Source: a virus (lineage: Duplodnaviria > Caudoviricetes). Taken from it: a DNA stretch of 64,000 nucleotides. Below, one piece after another: positions 1 through 10,358 of the stretch. A program made the translations under genes and the position numbers. Each line of letters opens with the position of its first letter. Position 1 is the first letter of the stretch. The stretch spans positions 543-64,542 of the IMG/VR virus record IMGVR_UViG_3300037147_000032; one strand, 5' to 3'. The notes under the pieces were generated by a model. That model was given only the letters and a program-made list of their open reading frames with translations. It had not been told where the DNA came from and did no database searches.

Positions 1-1506
1 GGCGCAACAGGCGCAACAGGCCTCACGGGCGCAACGGGAGGCACGGGCGGCGTAGGCGCGACTGGCACTGGCGCAACGGGTGCAACAGGTCTCACGGGCG
101 CAATGGGAGGCACAGGAGGCACAGGAGGCACAGGAGGCGTTGGAGCTACAGGCGCAGGCGCAACAGGCGCAACCGGCCTCACGGGTGGCACGGGCGGCGT
201 TGGAGCTACAGGTGTAGGCGCAACAGGCGCAACCGGCCTCACGGGCGCAACCGGTCTCACTGGCGCAACAGGCACTCCCGGCACTGACGGATCGGATGGA
301 TCAGATGGCGCAGCCGGATTAGGTGGCGCAACAGGCGCGACTGGCGCAAGCGGCGTAACCGGGGCAACTGGTCCCGGCGGCGGTGCATCGGGCGCGCTTG
401 GCCCTCCCGGTGACGAGGGACCGGAAGGCGAGCAGGGACCGCCCGGCTTGGTTGGCGCGACCGGCTCTACTGGCGCGACTGGCGCAAGCGGCGGCCCTAT
501 CGGCGCAACCGGCCTCACTGGCGCAACCGGCCTCACTGGCGCAACCGGTGACACTGGAGCAACCGGCCCAGTCGGTACAGACGGATCAGACGGATCAGAT
601 GGTGCGGATGGGTTGGTTGGCGCGACCGGCCTCATAGGCGCAACGGGCGCAACGGGTGGCACAGGCGCAACCGGTGGCACGGGTGGCGTCGGCGCGACTG
701 GTATCGGCGCCTCGGGCGCAACAGGCCTCACGGGCGCAACGGGAGGCACGGGTGGCATTGGTGCAACCGGTCCGGAAGGCGCAACGGGTGCAACTGGTCT
801 CACAGGCGCGACCGGCGTCACGGGCGGCCTAGGCGCGACTGGCGCTGGCGCAACAGGCGCGACCGGCCTCACGGGCGCAACTGGCATCACTGGCGCAACA
901 GGCACTCCCGGCACTGACGGATCGGATGGATCGGATGGATCGGATGGCGCAGCCGGATTAGTTGGCGCAACAGGCGCGACTGGCGTCACGGGCGCGACCG
1001 GCGTCACGGGCGGCACGGGCGGCGTCGGCGCGACTGGCGTTGGCGCAACAGGTGCAACTGGCGTCACAGGCGCGACCGGCGTCACCGGAGGCACAGGCGG
1101 CACGGGCGGCACAGGAGGCATCGGCGTTACCGGCGCGACCGGCGCGACTGGCGCGACCGGCGTCACCGGAGGCACGGGCGGCACGGGCGGCACGGGCGGC
1201 ACGGGCGGCACAGGAGGCATCGGCGCGACCGGCGCGACTGGCGCGACCGGCGTCACCGGAGGCACGGGCGGCACGGGCGGCATCGGCGTTACCGGCGCGA
1301 CCGGCGCGACTGGCGCAACAGGCGCAACAGGTCTCACGGGCGCATCAGGCGTGAAGGGTATCCCCGGCAACGATGGTTTAGATGGCATTGACGGCGATAT
1401 GGGTCTGATTGGAGCTACTGGTGCCACAGGTGCTACCGGTGCAAGTGGCTCGGGTGGCGGTGGCGGAAACAGCATATACAGTGCACTAATTGCAGGAGGC
1501 AATTAA
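1..1506 (+). CDS. Collagen-like (Gly-X-Thr) repeat protein, 5'-truncated by the window; putative virion fibre/decoration
   Basis: The frame is open from base 1. It is almost continuous G-X-Y triplets ([12 protein letters not shown]) with GSD/GPE interruptions and a short non-collagen C-terminus. Confidence 0.85.
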   Translation, partial: GATGATGLTGATGGTGGVGATGTGATGATGLTGAMGGTGGTGGTGGVGATGAGATGATGLTGGTGGVGATGVGATGATGLTGATGLTGATGTPGTDGSDGSDGAAGLGGATGATGASGVTGATGPGGGASGALGPPGDEGPEGEQGPPGLVGATGSTGATGASGGPIGATGLTGATGLTGATGDTGATGPVGTDGSDGSDGADGLVGATGLIGATGATGGTGATGGTGGVGATGIGASGATGLTGATGGTGGIGATGPEGATGATGLTGATGVTGGLGATGAGATGATGLTGATGITGATGTPGTDGSDGSDGSDGAAGLVGATGATGVTGATGVTGGTGGVGATGVGATGATGVTGATGVTGGTGGTGGTGGIGVTGATGATGATGVTGGTGGTGGTGGTGGTGGIGATGATGATGVTGGTGGTGGIGVTGATGATGATGATGLTGASGVKGIPGNDGLDGIDGDMGLIGATGATGATGASGSGGGGGNSIYSALIAGGN

Positions 1507-1507
1507 A

Positions 1508-2400
<893 letters not shown>

Positions 2401-2401
<1 letters not shown>

Positions 2402-3258
2402 TGACAACGTGTCAAGGATTGATGCTAGGCGATTGGCAAGGAGCTTCCGCAGGAGGGACGTTTGCCATCTTCGCGCTGGGCGACAGCACTACGACCAACT
2501 CCTATACATATTCTGGCAACACGGTTGCTGCCGGGACAGTGCTGACGACTGCCCTCTCCGGAGGCGCGGCTGCGGGTAACGCTACTCTCGGTATTTTCGC
2601 GCTGGGCGGCAGCAGCGGCAGCACTACGACCAACTCCTATACATATTCTGGCAACACGGTTGCTGCCAGGACAGCGCTGTCAGGGGCCCTCTACTACGGC
2701 GCGGCTGCGGGTAACGCTACTCTCGGTATTTTCGCGCTGGGCGGCACAGGCGGCAGCACTACGACCAACTCCTATACATATTCTGGCAACACGGTTGCTG
2801 CCGGGACAGCGCTGACGACTGCCTTCTACTTCGGCGCGGCTGCGGGTAACGCTACTCTCGGTATTTTCGCGCTGGGCGACAGCACTACGACCACCAACTC
2901 CTATACATATTCTGGCAACACGGTTGCTGCCGGGACAGTGCTGTCAGGGGTCTTCTACTCCGGCGCGGCTGCGGGTAACGCTACTCTCGGTATTTTCACG
3001 CCGCTGGGCGGCAGCACTCCGACCAACTCCTATACATATTCTGGCAACACGGTTGCTGGCGGGACAGCGCTGACGACTGCCCTCTCCGCAGGCGCGGCTG
3101 CGGGTAACGCTACTCTCGGTATTTTCGCGCTGGGCGGCAGCACTACGACCAACTCCTATACATATTCTGGCAACACGGTTGCTGCCGGGACAGCGCTGAC
3201 GACTGCCCTCTACGGAGGCGCGGCTGCGAGCAACGGAACAACTGGGGTAAATATGTGA
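2401..3258 (+). CDS. Six-repeat Kelch-like beta-propeller protein, putative receptor-binding tip
   Basis: TGATG coupling to the previous gene. Six 42-45 aa repeats of GNATLGIFALGG..TTNSYTYSGNTVAAGTALTTALxxGAAA. Confidence 0.7.
2467..3228 (+). repeat. Tandem coding repeat, six units of 126-135 nt
   Basis: The core accaactcctatacatattctggcaacacggttgctg starts at 2494, 2629, 2764, 2893, 3022 and 3148. Confidence 0.9.
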
Positions 3259-3293
3259 TTGACAGCGTGGGGCTACGAGAGTAAGGAAATACG

Positions 3294-3893
3294 ATGGACA
3301 GTAAACCGCATCGAACCAATTCAGATTTCCAACTTCGCTATTTTATGGCCGGATCGTGTCACACGCCTGACGGCGCATGGATGCTGATGTACGGCCAGAA
3401 GATCATCATCGAGAGCAATCTCCGCAATGCGGAAGCGCAGCGCCTCCGTCGCGAAGCCAAGATCGAGGCAGCGGAATATGCGCTGACCCAGCCCATCCCG
3501 GATTTCCAGAGGAAATTAGCGATCGCTGACGTTCTGGAAGCCAACGCTGATCTCTCGATCTGGGAGAACAACGTCAAGGCGGCGCAGGATGAGCTTGCGA
3601 CCCTTGAAAAGCTGATGGCCGAACTGGAGCCGCAGCGGAAGTTTGCACATCTTCCGTTGCTGGAAGCCAACGAGGCGACGCAGCGTGGTGAATGGCTTGG
3701 CGAGCTAAAAGAGCGCGCGGAGAACTTCCTGCTTACGATGGGGACGATCCCGCACGACCACTTCCATACTATGCGGTGTCACCCGGATTTTGAACAAGAG
3801 ATCGTACCTCATATTCAGGCCATTACGACGAAAGTCAAATCAGGCGTGGATGTCCTCGGAAGTAGTACGCTTGCGCTGTCCAAACCTGAATAA
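3294..3893 (+). CDS. Coiled-coil phage protein, possible fibre chaperone
   Basis: 199 aa helical ORF with an AAGGA RBS, directly after the propeller gene. Confidence 0.6.
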   Translation: MDSKPHRTNSDFQLRYFMAGSCHTPDGAWMLMYGQKIIIESNLRNAEAQRLRREAKIEAAEYALTQPIPDFQRKLAIADVLEANADLSIWENNVKAAQDELATLEKLMAELEPQRKFAHLPLLEANEATQRGEWLGELKERAENFLLTMGTIPHDHFHTMRCHPDFEQEIVPHIQAITTKVKSGVDVLGSSTLALSKPE

Positions 3894-3905
3894 GGAATAT
3901 AAGAT

Positions 3906-4490
3906 ATGAACTACGTTATCGTAACTGGCGGCGCTGTCACGTCTCACATCACTGACGGCAGCAACATCCAATTTGCATCCAACGTCTTTCAGCCCGCGAG
4001 CACGTTATCAGCGGCGCAGATGACCCAGTTCGGTGTATTCTCTGTGACCCCCGCTGCTCAGCCTGCCTCTAATCCCCTGACGCAAACCTGTGTCGAGACC
4101 ACGCCTACGCTTGTCGCTGGTGTCTGGACGCAGACATGGACAGTGAGCGCATTGCCATCTGCACAGGCGGCGCAAAACCTCTACAGTGCCGCGATCGCGG
4201 CGGGCTTGGCAGTGGTCTCGACCGCGACACCCGCGCTCAACGGCACATATTCGGTAGCACCGACTGCGGCTGCGAACATCACCGCCATTATGGCTGGAGC
4301 TGCCGCCGGCCTTGGGTTGCCGGGCAGCGGGACGACATTCGTCTACATGGACGCAAGCGGTTCGCCTCACACATTCACCGCCGCGCAATTCAGCACGCTC
4401 GCTGTCGCCGTTCGCGACTATGTCTATGCCCTCGATATGTTCGCTGCCGGGGTTGCCCCGCAGCCTGTCGCGGCTGTCACCATCCCATAG
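3906..4490 (+). CDS. Tail-fibre-assembly-like protein (DUF4376-like C-terminus)
   Basis: Has a WTQTWTV motif and a YMDASGSPHTFTAAQFSTLAVAV segment; AAGGA RBS. Confidence 0.55.
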   Translation: MNYVIVTGGAVTSHITDGSNIQFASNVFQPASTLSAAQMTQFGVFSVTPAAQPASNPLTQTCVETTPTLVAGVWTQTWTVSALPSAQAAQNLYSAAIAAGLAVVSTATPALNGTYSVAPTAAANITAIMAGAAAGLGLPGSGTTFVYMDASGSPHTFTAAQFSTLAVAVRDYVYALDMFAAGVAPQPVAAVTIP

Positions 4491-4501
4491 GGAGAATTTT
4501 G

Positions 4502-4588
4502 ATGGCTGGAGCTAAAGGGCTTGCCCTTGCCCTTGCCCTAGTTGCCAGTTGTAGCCACGGCGGTCGCCGTGGTAATCTGCGACTGTGA
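4502..4588 (+). CDS. Putative 28-aa mini-lipoprotein
   Basis: GGAGA RBS. The sequence MAGAKGLALALALVASCSHGGRRGNLRL has a basic residue, a hydrophobic run and a VASC lipobox. Confidence 0.35.
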   Translation: MAGAKGLALALALVASCSHGGRRGNLRL

Positions 4589-4646
4589 ATTGGGAGCCAT
4601 CACCAATTATGGCATGTCCCTTGCACACTTTTAGGAGAACACCTCT

Positions 4647-5009
4647 ATGGCTAATCCATCAATCAAGCGTCTCTACGGTCCGGCCGCCTTGTCGGCGACC
4701 CTGACGACCAACCTCGTATCGACGGGAGCATTCTCCGGCGGTCCGCTCGGTGTTTATGGCTACGACATCGTCAAGCATATCCATGTCGTGAACAAGACCG
4801 GTGGGGCGGTAACGTTTTCGCTCTGGATCGGCGCGACCGCTGGTAACGCGGCGGGCACCGAGTTCTTCAATGCTCACTCGGTCCCGGCGAACTCCGAATT
4901 CGATTGGTACGGCAACCTGAAGATGCTGTCCACCGACTTCCTCGTCGGCGGTGCCTCGGCCGGGACCTCGCTGACAATCGTCATCGAAGGTGAAAGCTAC
5001 GTCGTCTGA
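4647..5009 (+). CDS. Small beta-rich virion structural protein
   Basis: Strong AGGAG RBS, 120 aa, followed by a terminator. Confidence 0.65.
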   Translation: MANPSIKRLYGPAALSATLTTNLVSTGAFSGGPLGVYGYDIVKHIHVVNKTGGAVTFSLWIGATAGNAAGTEFFNAHSVPANSEFDWYGNLKMLSTDFLVGGASAGTSLTIVIEGESYVV

Positions 5010-5038
5010 CCACTAAGGTGGTTCTGCATTTATCTCCG

Positions 5039-5072
5039 ACCGGCGGCGGCCACCCCGCCGCCGGTTTTGTTT
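5039..5072 (+). terminator. Rho-independent terminator
   Basis: Stem accggcggcgg-ccacc-ccgccgccggt followed by tttgttt. Confidence 0.75.
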
Positions 5073-5092
5073 CGTAAAGAGGGATACTCATC

Positions 5093-5467
5093 TTGGCCGC
5101 AACCGTCCTCATCTCCATCCTGAATAACACGTGGTTCGACAATGCATTCCAGTTCGGGGTGGCGGGCGATACGTCGTGGTCATTCGCCGGAAAAGAATTC
5201 CTTTGCGATCTGAAGAGCGACATTGACCAGCCCACTCCAGACCTTTCACTCTCTTCTGTCAGCCCGAGCCCGTCGACGATCCTGATTCTCGATCCGGTTT
5301 TGCGCACCCTCCAGTTCAACGTCACTGACCTCGTCATTCGCGCGAACCTTCAGGTAGGTCCATATCAATACGATCTGATCATGGTGGACATCGCGACTGG
5401 AGAGCGTGACGCGCTTATGGGCGGCGTCATAACTGTCGTGCAGGGCGTCACCCTTACCGGAGACTGA
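5093..5467 (+). CDS. Phage structural protein (Ig/BppU-N-like)
   Basis: TTG start with RBS; C-terminal YQYDLIMVD...LMGGVITVVQGVT. Confidence 0.55.
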   Translation: MAATVLISILNNTWFDNAFQFGVAGDTSWSFAGKEFLCDLKSDIDQPTPDLSLSSVSPSPSTILILDPVLRTLQFNVTDLVIRANLQVGPYQYDLIMVDIATGERDALMGGVITVVQGVTLTGD

Positions 5468-5469
5468 TC

Positions 5470-6375
5470 ATGGCCGTAGTCTTCGCAATTCAGGATGAGA
5501 CCGGTACCGTCGCCCAGCTAACCCTCTTGGCATCTCCAGCCAATCCGGTTGCAGTCGGCGATACCGGCATCTACGCGGGCGTGCCTGATGAAGGCACTGA
5601 CCTGTTCATGACCCCGGTTTTCAATTCGCTTCCGTTCAACGTCAGTGGTGTCTTGAACAGCACTCAGTTCTCGGTCGAGACTACGAATGCCAATATGGCT
5701 GACTGGCCTGCGAACGGGATGATCACGTGGGGGACCGGCGCGAATGCAGGACTGAATTCGACCGTCAGCAATATCGACGGCGCGAACGCATACATCAACA
5801 CGACCTTCATGAAAACCTACCACGCGAGCCGGGGCAACATCCTCCCGTCTACAGCGACGACCACAGCCATGCAAGCTGCCATCGTACAGGCAACTGATTA
5901 TCTCGATGCGAAGTACCGCTACAAGGGGATCAAGCTGCTCCAGTCCATCGGCAACTCTATCATGGACAGCAACGCGGTCTTCCTTGAAAGCTGGCTCACC
6001 CCCTACGCGCTCAACGGCATTTCCTACCTGACGCCAGCGACCACAACCCAGACCACGGAATGGCCGCGTCAGGGCGTTGTCGATTTCAACGGCGACACGA
6101 TCAACGGCATCCCGAAGCAGATAATGATGGCTTGCGCAGAGCTTGCCATTCGCGTTCTCAATGGCGTGGCGCTCCAGCCTGACTACGATCCGACCATCGT
6201 GGGCGCTGGCGGCGTCGCATCATCCATCACCAAGAAAGTCGGTCCGCTGGAGACCGTCGTCTCTTACGATACCAAGTTCGGTCTCGGCTTCTTCGCCTCG
6301 TTCCCCATCGTGGATCGCATGCTTGGAAAGGCTGGCCTGCTCAACAACTCGGGCGGTCGGAGCGTGATGCGCTAA
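5470..6375 (+). CDS. Head-tail adaptor (DnaT-like family) with N-terminal extension
   Basis: Motifs ANAYI..YHASRG, ATDYLD.KYRYKG, QTTEWPR and GIPKQIMMACAELA; position in the neck module. Confidence 0.7.
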   Translation: MAVVFAIQDETGTVAQLTLLASPANPVAVGDTGIYAGVPDEGTDLFMTPVFNSLPFNVSGVLNSTQFSVETTNANMADWPANGMITWGTGANAGLNSTVSNIDGANAYINTTFMKTYHASRGNILPSTATTTAMQAAIVQATDYLDAKYRYKGIKLLQSIGNSIMDSNAVFLESWLTPYALNGISYLTPATTTQTTEWPRQGVVDFNGDTINGIPKQIMMACAELAIRVLNGVALQPDYDPTIVGAGGVASSITKKVGPLETVVSYDTKFGLGFFASFPIVDRMLGKAGLLNNSGGRSVMR

Positions 6376-6942
6376 GCGCTTGAGCAGATAGGACAGCGGA
6401 CGGTTGCCTTTAATGCTGTTGCAGCGATGACAAATCATCATCGTGTTTTCAGGGACGTGATGGCCACCCTTGCTCAACGGGATAATGTGATCAGGAACTG
6501 GGGCATTTGGATCAGATATTCCTCCGCTGTGGTGCAAGCCGATCATAGGCACACGACAGTGCGGGCAGCTACTATCGGCAGGCATAGACGTCTCGTGCTC
6601 GACATAGAATAGTCCTAGCTTCAAGACGCGGCGCTTACGGCTCTTCTCACGCCCCCTCTCGGGATTTTCCTTAGCATATTTGGCTACCCACGCAGCAACA
6701 CGTGTGGTGTTTTTCGTGCGGTATTCAGTTTTGTGCGCGGTGAGACGTTCGGCGTTTTCTTTGCGGTATATGGCTTGATATGTGGCGATGGCCTCACGAT
6801 GCTCCTTGCGATATAGGGCTTGATAATCGGCTTGACGCGCGGCGATGCTCTCGCGATTTTTCTTATAGTATCTAGCGTTAGATGTGGCTTTGCGCGCTTT
6901 CTTCGCTTCCGGCGATTGATCAGTATGAGGTTTTCGAGCCAT
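6220..6942 (-). CDS. HNH homing endonuclease, antisense to the structural operon
   Basis: CPHC...DHIIPLSKGGHHVPENTMMICHRCNSIKG preceded by a basic helical N-terminus. Confidence 0.85.
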   Translation of the reverse strand: MARKPHTDQSPEAKKARKATSNARYYKKNRESIAARQADYQALYRKEHREAIATYQAIYRKENAERLTAHKTEYRTKNTTRVAAWVAKYAKENPERGREKSRKRRVLKLGLFYVEHETSMPADSSCPHCRVPMIGLHHSGGISDPNAPVPDHIIPLSKGGHHVPENTMMICHRCNSIKGNRPLSYLLKRLAHHAPTARVVEQASLSKHAIHDGERGEEAETELGIVRDDGLQRTDFLGDG

Positions 6943-7064
6943 AAACGGCGGGTTATCAGGTTAGCCAGCCTACGTCAAGTTGCCAGTTGTCTGGGGTTCC
7001 GTGGTGAGGTATTCTACGGCTCAGAATTCAACCCGGGATCAAATGAGCGCGGGGGCGCAAAAGG

Positions 7065-7448
7065 ATGGCTGCTCCTGTATTCAACTACCCGGCGATGCAA
7101 CAAACGGCCGATGAATTGATACGCTATTTTGGAATGGCGGCAATCCTTCGGTCACTTACGGGAACTCGGCCTGATCGCCCGTGTACGATAGCGATCATCG
7201 AGTATAATCCGCGAGAGAAGCCAAACGAAATGGCGAACCCGACTGATCGCAAGATCGTCATGTCGCCTCTCGACCCTACAACGGGGCTTGAATTGGTGCT
7301 TCCTCCGGATGACGAGCTTGATGCGCTGGTGACATTCGTCCAACCGGCGGGGACAGTCGAAAACGAGGTTCTACCGATGACGTGCAAGCCGAAGAAGACT
7401 TCGCCCGCCGGAATAGACTGTTTGTGGGAATTTACGGTAAGGCGCTAA
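7065..7448 (+). CDS. Head closure/neck protein (putative)
   Basis: 127 aa with a TADELIRYFG N-terminus, syntenic after the adaptor. Confidence 0.55.
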   Translation: MAAPVFNYPAMQQTADELIRYFGMAAILRSLTGTRPDRPCTIAIIEYNPREKPNEMANPTDRKIVMSPLDPTTGLELVLPPDDELDALVTFVQPAGTVENEVLPMTCKPKKTSPAGIDCLWEFTVRR

Positions 7449-7449
7449 G

Positions 7450-7977
7450 ATGACGACTATCGTAGATCGACGCGCAATGATTATTGAACGGCTCGTGACG
7501 CTGTTCACAGGCTTCACGGTCCAACTGATCGGCGACCCGGTTCTGAGCCCGGGAGTGAGCATCACGGCGGGCAATGTTGTCCACAACCGCGATCAACTGC
7601 CGGCGGAGAAAGTCCCGGGCATCATCCTTTTGGACGCGGATGAGACCAAGGACCCGAGGGTTTTCGAGAGACCGCCGGGACGAGCGCTACCTGTCTCCCC
7701 GTGCCTGATGCGGATGACGCCTGAGATTTATGTCGTGCTGGATGTACGCACGCCAAACAACGCGAACGTAGGCGAGGATTTGAATACGGCACGAGCCGCT
7801 CTTTTGGACCTCGTGCTGCACGACGCGACCCTTCTCCAGATAGTGGGCGCGAACGGACAGATTATCTACGGCGGTTGCGTCACCGACTTGGCGCGCAACC
7901 GGACAATGCGGGGCCAAATGGGATGTATGGTCACTTTTGTATATCCATTTATTCCTAACGCCTTAAGTGGTGCTTGA
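7450..7977 (+). CDS. Tail terminator/completion protein (putative)
   Basis: 175 aa gene upstream of the tail tube. Confidence 0.55.
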   Translation: MTTIVDRRAMIIERLVTLFTGFTVQLIGDPVLSPGVSITAGNVVHNRDQLPAEKVPGIILLDADETKDPRVFERPPGRALPVSPCLMRMTPEIYVVLDVRTPNNANVGEDLNTARAALLDLVLHDATLLQIVGANGQIIYGGCVTDLARNRTMRGQMGCMVTFVYPFIPNALSGA

Positions 7978-8030
7978 TTTTACGAAGCTAAACATGATAC
8001 GAATAGAGCTTCTTTAACAGGAGAAGTTCC

Positions 8031-8465
8031 ATGAGTGTCCCAAGAGACTGGATTATTTGCTCGACAAAGCTGCTTAAGCATTTTCGAGATAGGTATATGG
8101 ATCACGCTACCCGCGCCAAAAGGCGTGGAATAGGTTTCGAGTTGACATATGAGCAGTGGATGGAAATCTGGCTCAAGTCAGGTCAGATATTAAATCGAGG
8201 AATGGAGTTAGGTCAGTATGTGATGGCTAGAAATAACGACACCGGCCCATATGCCGTTGGCAATGTTTCTATCATCATGGGAAGCCAGAATGTACATGAT
8301 GCCAATCTCAGACTATCGCCCGGTTTTTATAAGCGATGGACACCTGAAAGGCGACTTCAGCATTCAAAAACCCTAACTGGTCGTAAGGTCTCCGAAGAGA
8401 CGAGAGCTAAGATGGTTGACGCTGCGTATGCGACGTGGGCCGCCCGAAAAGCTGACAGCGACTAA
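8031..8465 (+). CDS. Homing-endonuclease-like protein (HNH variant with NUMOD3-like tail)
   Basis: AKRRGIGFELTYEQW, MARNNDTGPYAVGNVSII and GRKVSEETRAKM motifs; lower GC than flanking genes. Confidence 0.7.
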   Translation: MSVPRDWIICSTKLLKHFRDRYMDHATRAKRRGIGFELTYEQWMEIWLKSGQILNRGMELGQYVMARNNDTGPYAVGNVSIIMGSQNVHDANLRLSPGFYKRWTPERRLQHSKTLTGRKVSEETRAKMVDAAYATWAARKADSD

Positions 8466-8479
8466 AATGGAGAAATGCT

Positions 8480-9049
8480 ATGGCAATTGGCGATCAGACG
8501 ATTGAGGGCTCACTAAATTCGCCGAATATCGGAAATTACTACGTTGGAAAAGGTATCATCAGTATCAAGTTGCTCGGTGAAAGCGTCTTCACAGACTGTG
8601 GCAACGTTCCGACGTTCGAGTTCATGGCCAAGGTGACGAACCTCGACCACTACTCTTCGCGAACCGGCGTCCGCGTCAAGGACTTCACCGCCGTCATCGA
8701 GATCAGCGGCTCCCTGACCATGGTCTTGGAAGAGTTGACCGCCCGCAACATGGGCTTTGCGATGCTCGGACTGGCAACTGGCGGACCGTCGCCGTCTCCG
8801 GACAGCATCGATATTTTGAGTTCGCCGGTTATTTACGGAACAGTGAAATTCGTCGGTACGAACGATATCGGTCCGATCTGGACTGTTACCTTCCCGCTCG
8901 TGAAGCTGTCGCCTTCGAAGGCACTCGGCCTGATCCAGAATACGTGGGGCACCATCGATCTTGAAGGTGACGTGCTGTTCGATCAATTGTCAAATAGTTT
9001 CGGCACCGCGACTGTCACGCAGCCGCTCAACCCGACTAACGTCCTCTGA
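8480..9049 (+). CDS. Major tail tube protein
   Basis: YYVGKG, DCGNVPTFEF and LDHYSSRTGVRVKD motifs; lies before the chaperone and tape measure. Confidence 0.8.
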   Translation: MAIGDQTIEGSLNSPNIGNYYVGKGIISIKLLGESVFTDCGNVPTFEFMAKVTNLDHYSSRTGVRVKDFTAVIEISGSLTMVLEELTARNMGFAMLGLATGGPSPSPDSIDILSSPVIYGTVKFVGTNDIGPIWTVTFPLVKLSPSKALGLIQNTWGTIDLEGDVLFDQLSNSFGTATVTQPLNPTNVL

Positions 9050-9062
9050 TTTTCAGTCTGTG

Positions 9063-9107
9063 GCCTCATTTCAGCACGCGCTGAAACAGGCTGCGGCCTT
9101 ATTTTTC
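9063..9107 (+). terminator. Possible terminator after the tail tube gene
   Basis: tttcagc-acgc-gctgaaa hairpin inside ggcc...ggcc, followed by ttattttt. Confidence 0.4.
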
Positions 9108-9126
9108 ACAACAGGAGAACACGCAC

Positions 9127-9615
9127 ATGACCGATCCAGTGGTTGAAGTACCCGCCGATGGCGCACTGCCCGCTCCGAGCGCGGACAATATCGTAGGGAC
9201 CTACTCGGCCCCGAACCCCGGCGCTCAGCCCGGCGAAGTCGCCGAACAGCCATTGACCGAAGGGTCGGCCGCCGATCCCAGTCCGACGCCCCTCGAAGTA
9301 GTCCCGGCTGAGGACAAAATCCAGACTGCTGATGACCCGGACCCCGAGGCAACTGCCAAGGGCGCGACGGACCCGGCAGTCCACAATCCACGCGGGCCAG
9401 TTGATGGCAGCGGCGTAGGAAACTTGGAAGGCGGGACAGCGTCGGCGGGCGTTGCGCCGATTGCTCCGACCAAGGTCGATGTGGACGAGCCGACCAACGA
9501 GGATACTCACCCGACCCACAATCGCGCCGCTCACAATCGGAATGCCAAGCGTGGCGTACCGACAGGTCCGGCCCATACACAACACAGCCGCCCGGTTCGT
9601 CGCGGCGAAGTCTGA
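9127..9615 (+). CDS. Acidic, Pro-rich disordered protein with a basic His-rich tail
   Basis: AGGAG RBS; 162 aa. Confidence 0.6.
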   Translation: MTDPVVEVPADGALPAPSADNIVGTYSAPNPGAQPGEVAEQPLTEGSAADPSPTPLEVVPAEDKIQTADDPDPEATAKGATDPAVHNPRGPVDGSGVGNLEGGTASAGVAPIAPTKVDVDEPTNEDTHPTHNRAAHNRNAKRGVPTGPAHTQHSRPVRRGEV

Positions 9616-9676
9616 TTACTCCATATGCCAGAATGGCCCTTCTGTGGTCATTCTGGCGTAGAGGATACACCACTCC

Positions 9677-9847
9677 ATGACCAAGCATCCTGTACAGAAG
9701 GCCGTTGAAAAACTGGCGGCCGAAGCAGCCGCCGCTGAGGCCGCCGCGCACGCCGCTGATCCGGCGGACACCTTCGAAGACACCCTCATCGCTCCCGAGA
9801 TCGAAGCCGGCAAGCCCAAACGGCACGGCAAGCACGGCAAGCGATAA
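9677..9847 (+). CDS. 56-aa hypothetical protein (not in the ORF track)
   Basis: GAGGA RBS; MTKHPVQKAVEKLAAEAAAAEAAAH...KPKRHGKHGKR. Confidence 0.5.
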   Translation: MTKHPVQKAVEKLAAEAAAAEAAAHAADPADTFEDTLIAPEIEAGKPKRHGKHGKR

Positions 9848-9893
9848 CTCATTTCCTATTATCTGTCCCCTCAAAAATAAGGAAGAACCTATT

Positions 9894-10358
9894 ATGTCTG
9901 GAAGAAAGCCGGGTCTTAATTTGGCTGACCTTGCGCCAATGTCCGAAGACGTTCCAATCGGTGATGATTTTCTCACAGTCTATGGCATCTCAGCCCGAGA
10001 CGGTCTCCGCATCTTGCAGCAGTTTCCACAGGTCGCTACCATGGTTGACAAAGGTTTCAATCTTGGCAGCTTTCTCGCAGTCGCTCCCGACGCTGTTGCC
10101 GCTATCATCGCAACAGCAACCGGATGTGCTGGAGACGAGAAATCGGAAGAGAATGCCGGACGACTTGGGATTGAAACCCAATTCAATATCCTCGAAGCTA
10201 TCGGGAGGTTGACCTTCACAAACGGGTTTGCCCCTTTCGTGGCGCGGATCATGGCTCTCGCCGACGCAGTGCCATCCGCCCCCTCTACAAAGGCACCGGC
10301 TATGAAATCGCCGCCTGTATCGAAGCCCTCATCGCCGGAGGACATCTCCCTGATGTAG
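9894..10358 (+). CDS. Tail assembly chaperone (gpG-like)
   Basis: Lies between tail tube and tape measure; AAGGA RBS; contains an in-frame slippery heptamer. Confidence 0.75.
   Translation: MSGRKPGLNLADLAPMSEDVPIGDDFLTVYGISARDGLRILQQFPQVATMVDKGFNLGSFLAVAPDAVAAIIATATGCAGDEKSEENAGRLGIETQFNILEAIGRLTFTNGFAPFVARIMALADAVPSAPSTKAPAMKSPPVSKPSSPEDISLM

Noticed and set aside
2467-3228. CRISPR array or a complete diversity-generating retroelement
   Set aside because: The repeats are long, in frame and coding, with no unique spacers. No cas genes, reverse transcriptase or template repeat are visible in the window.
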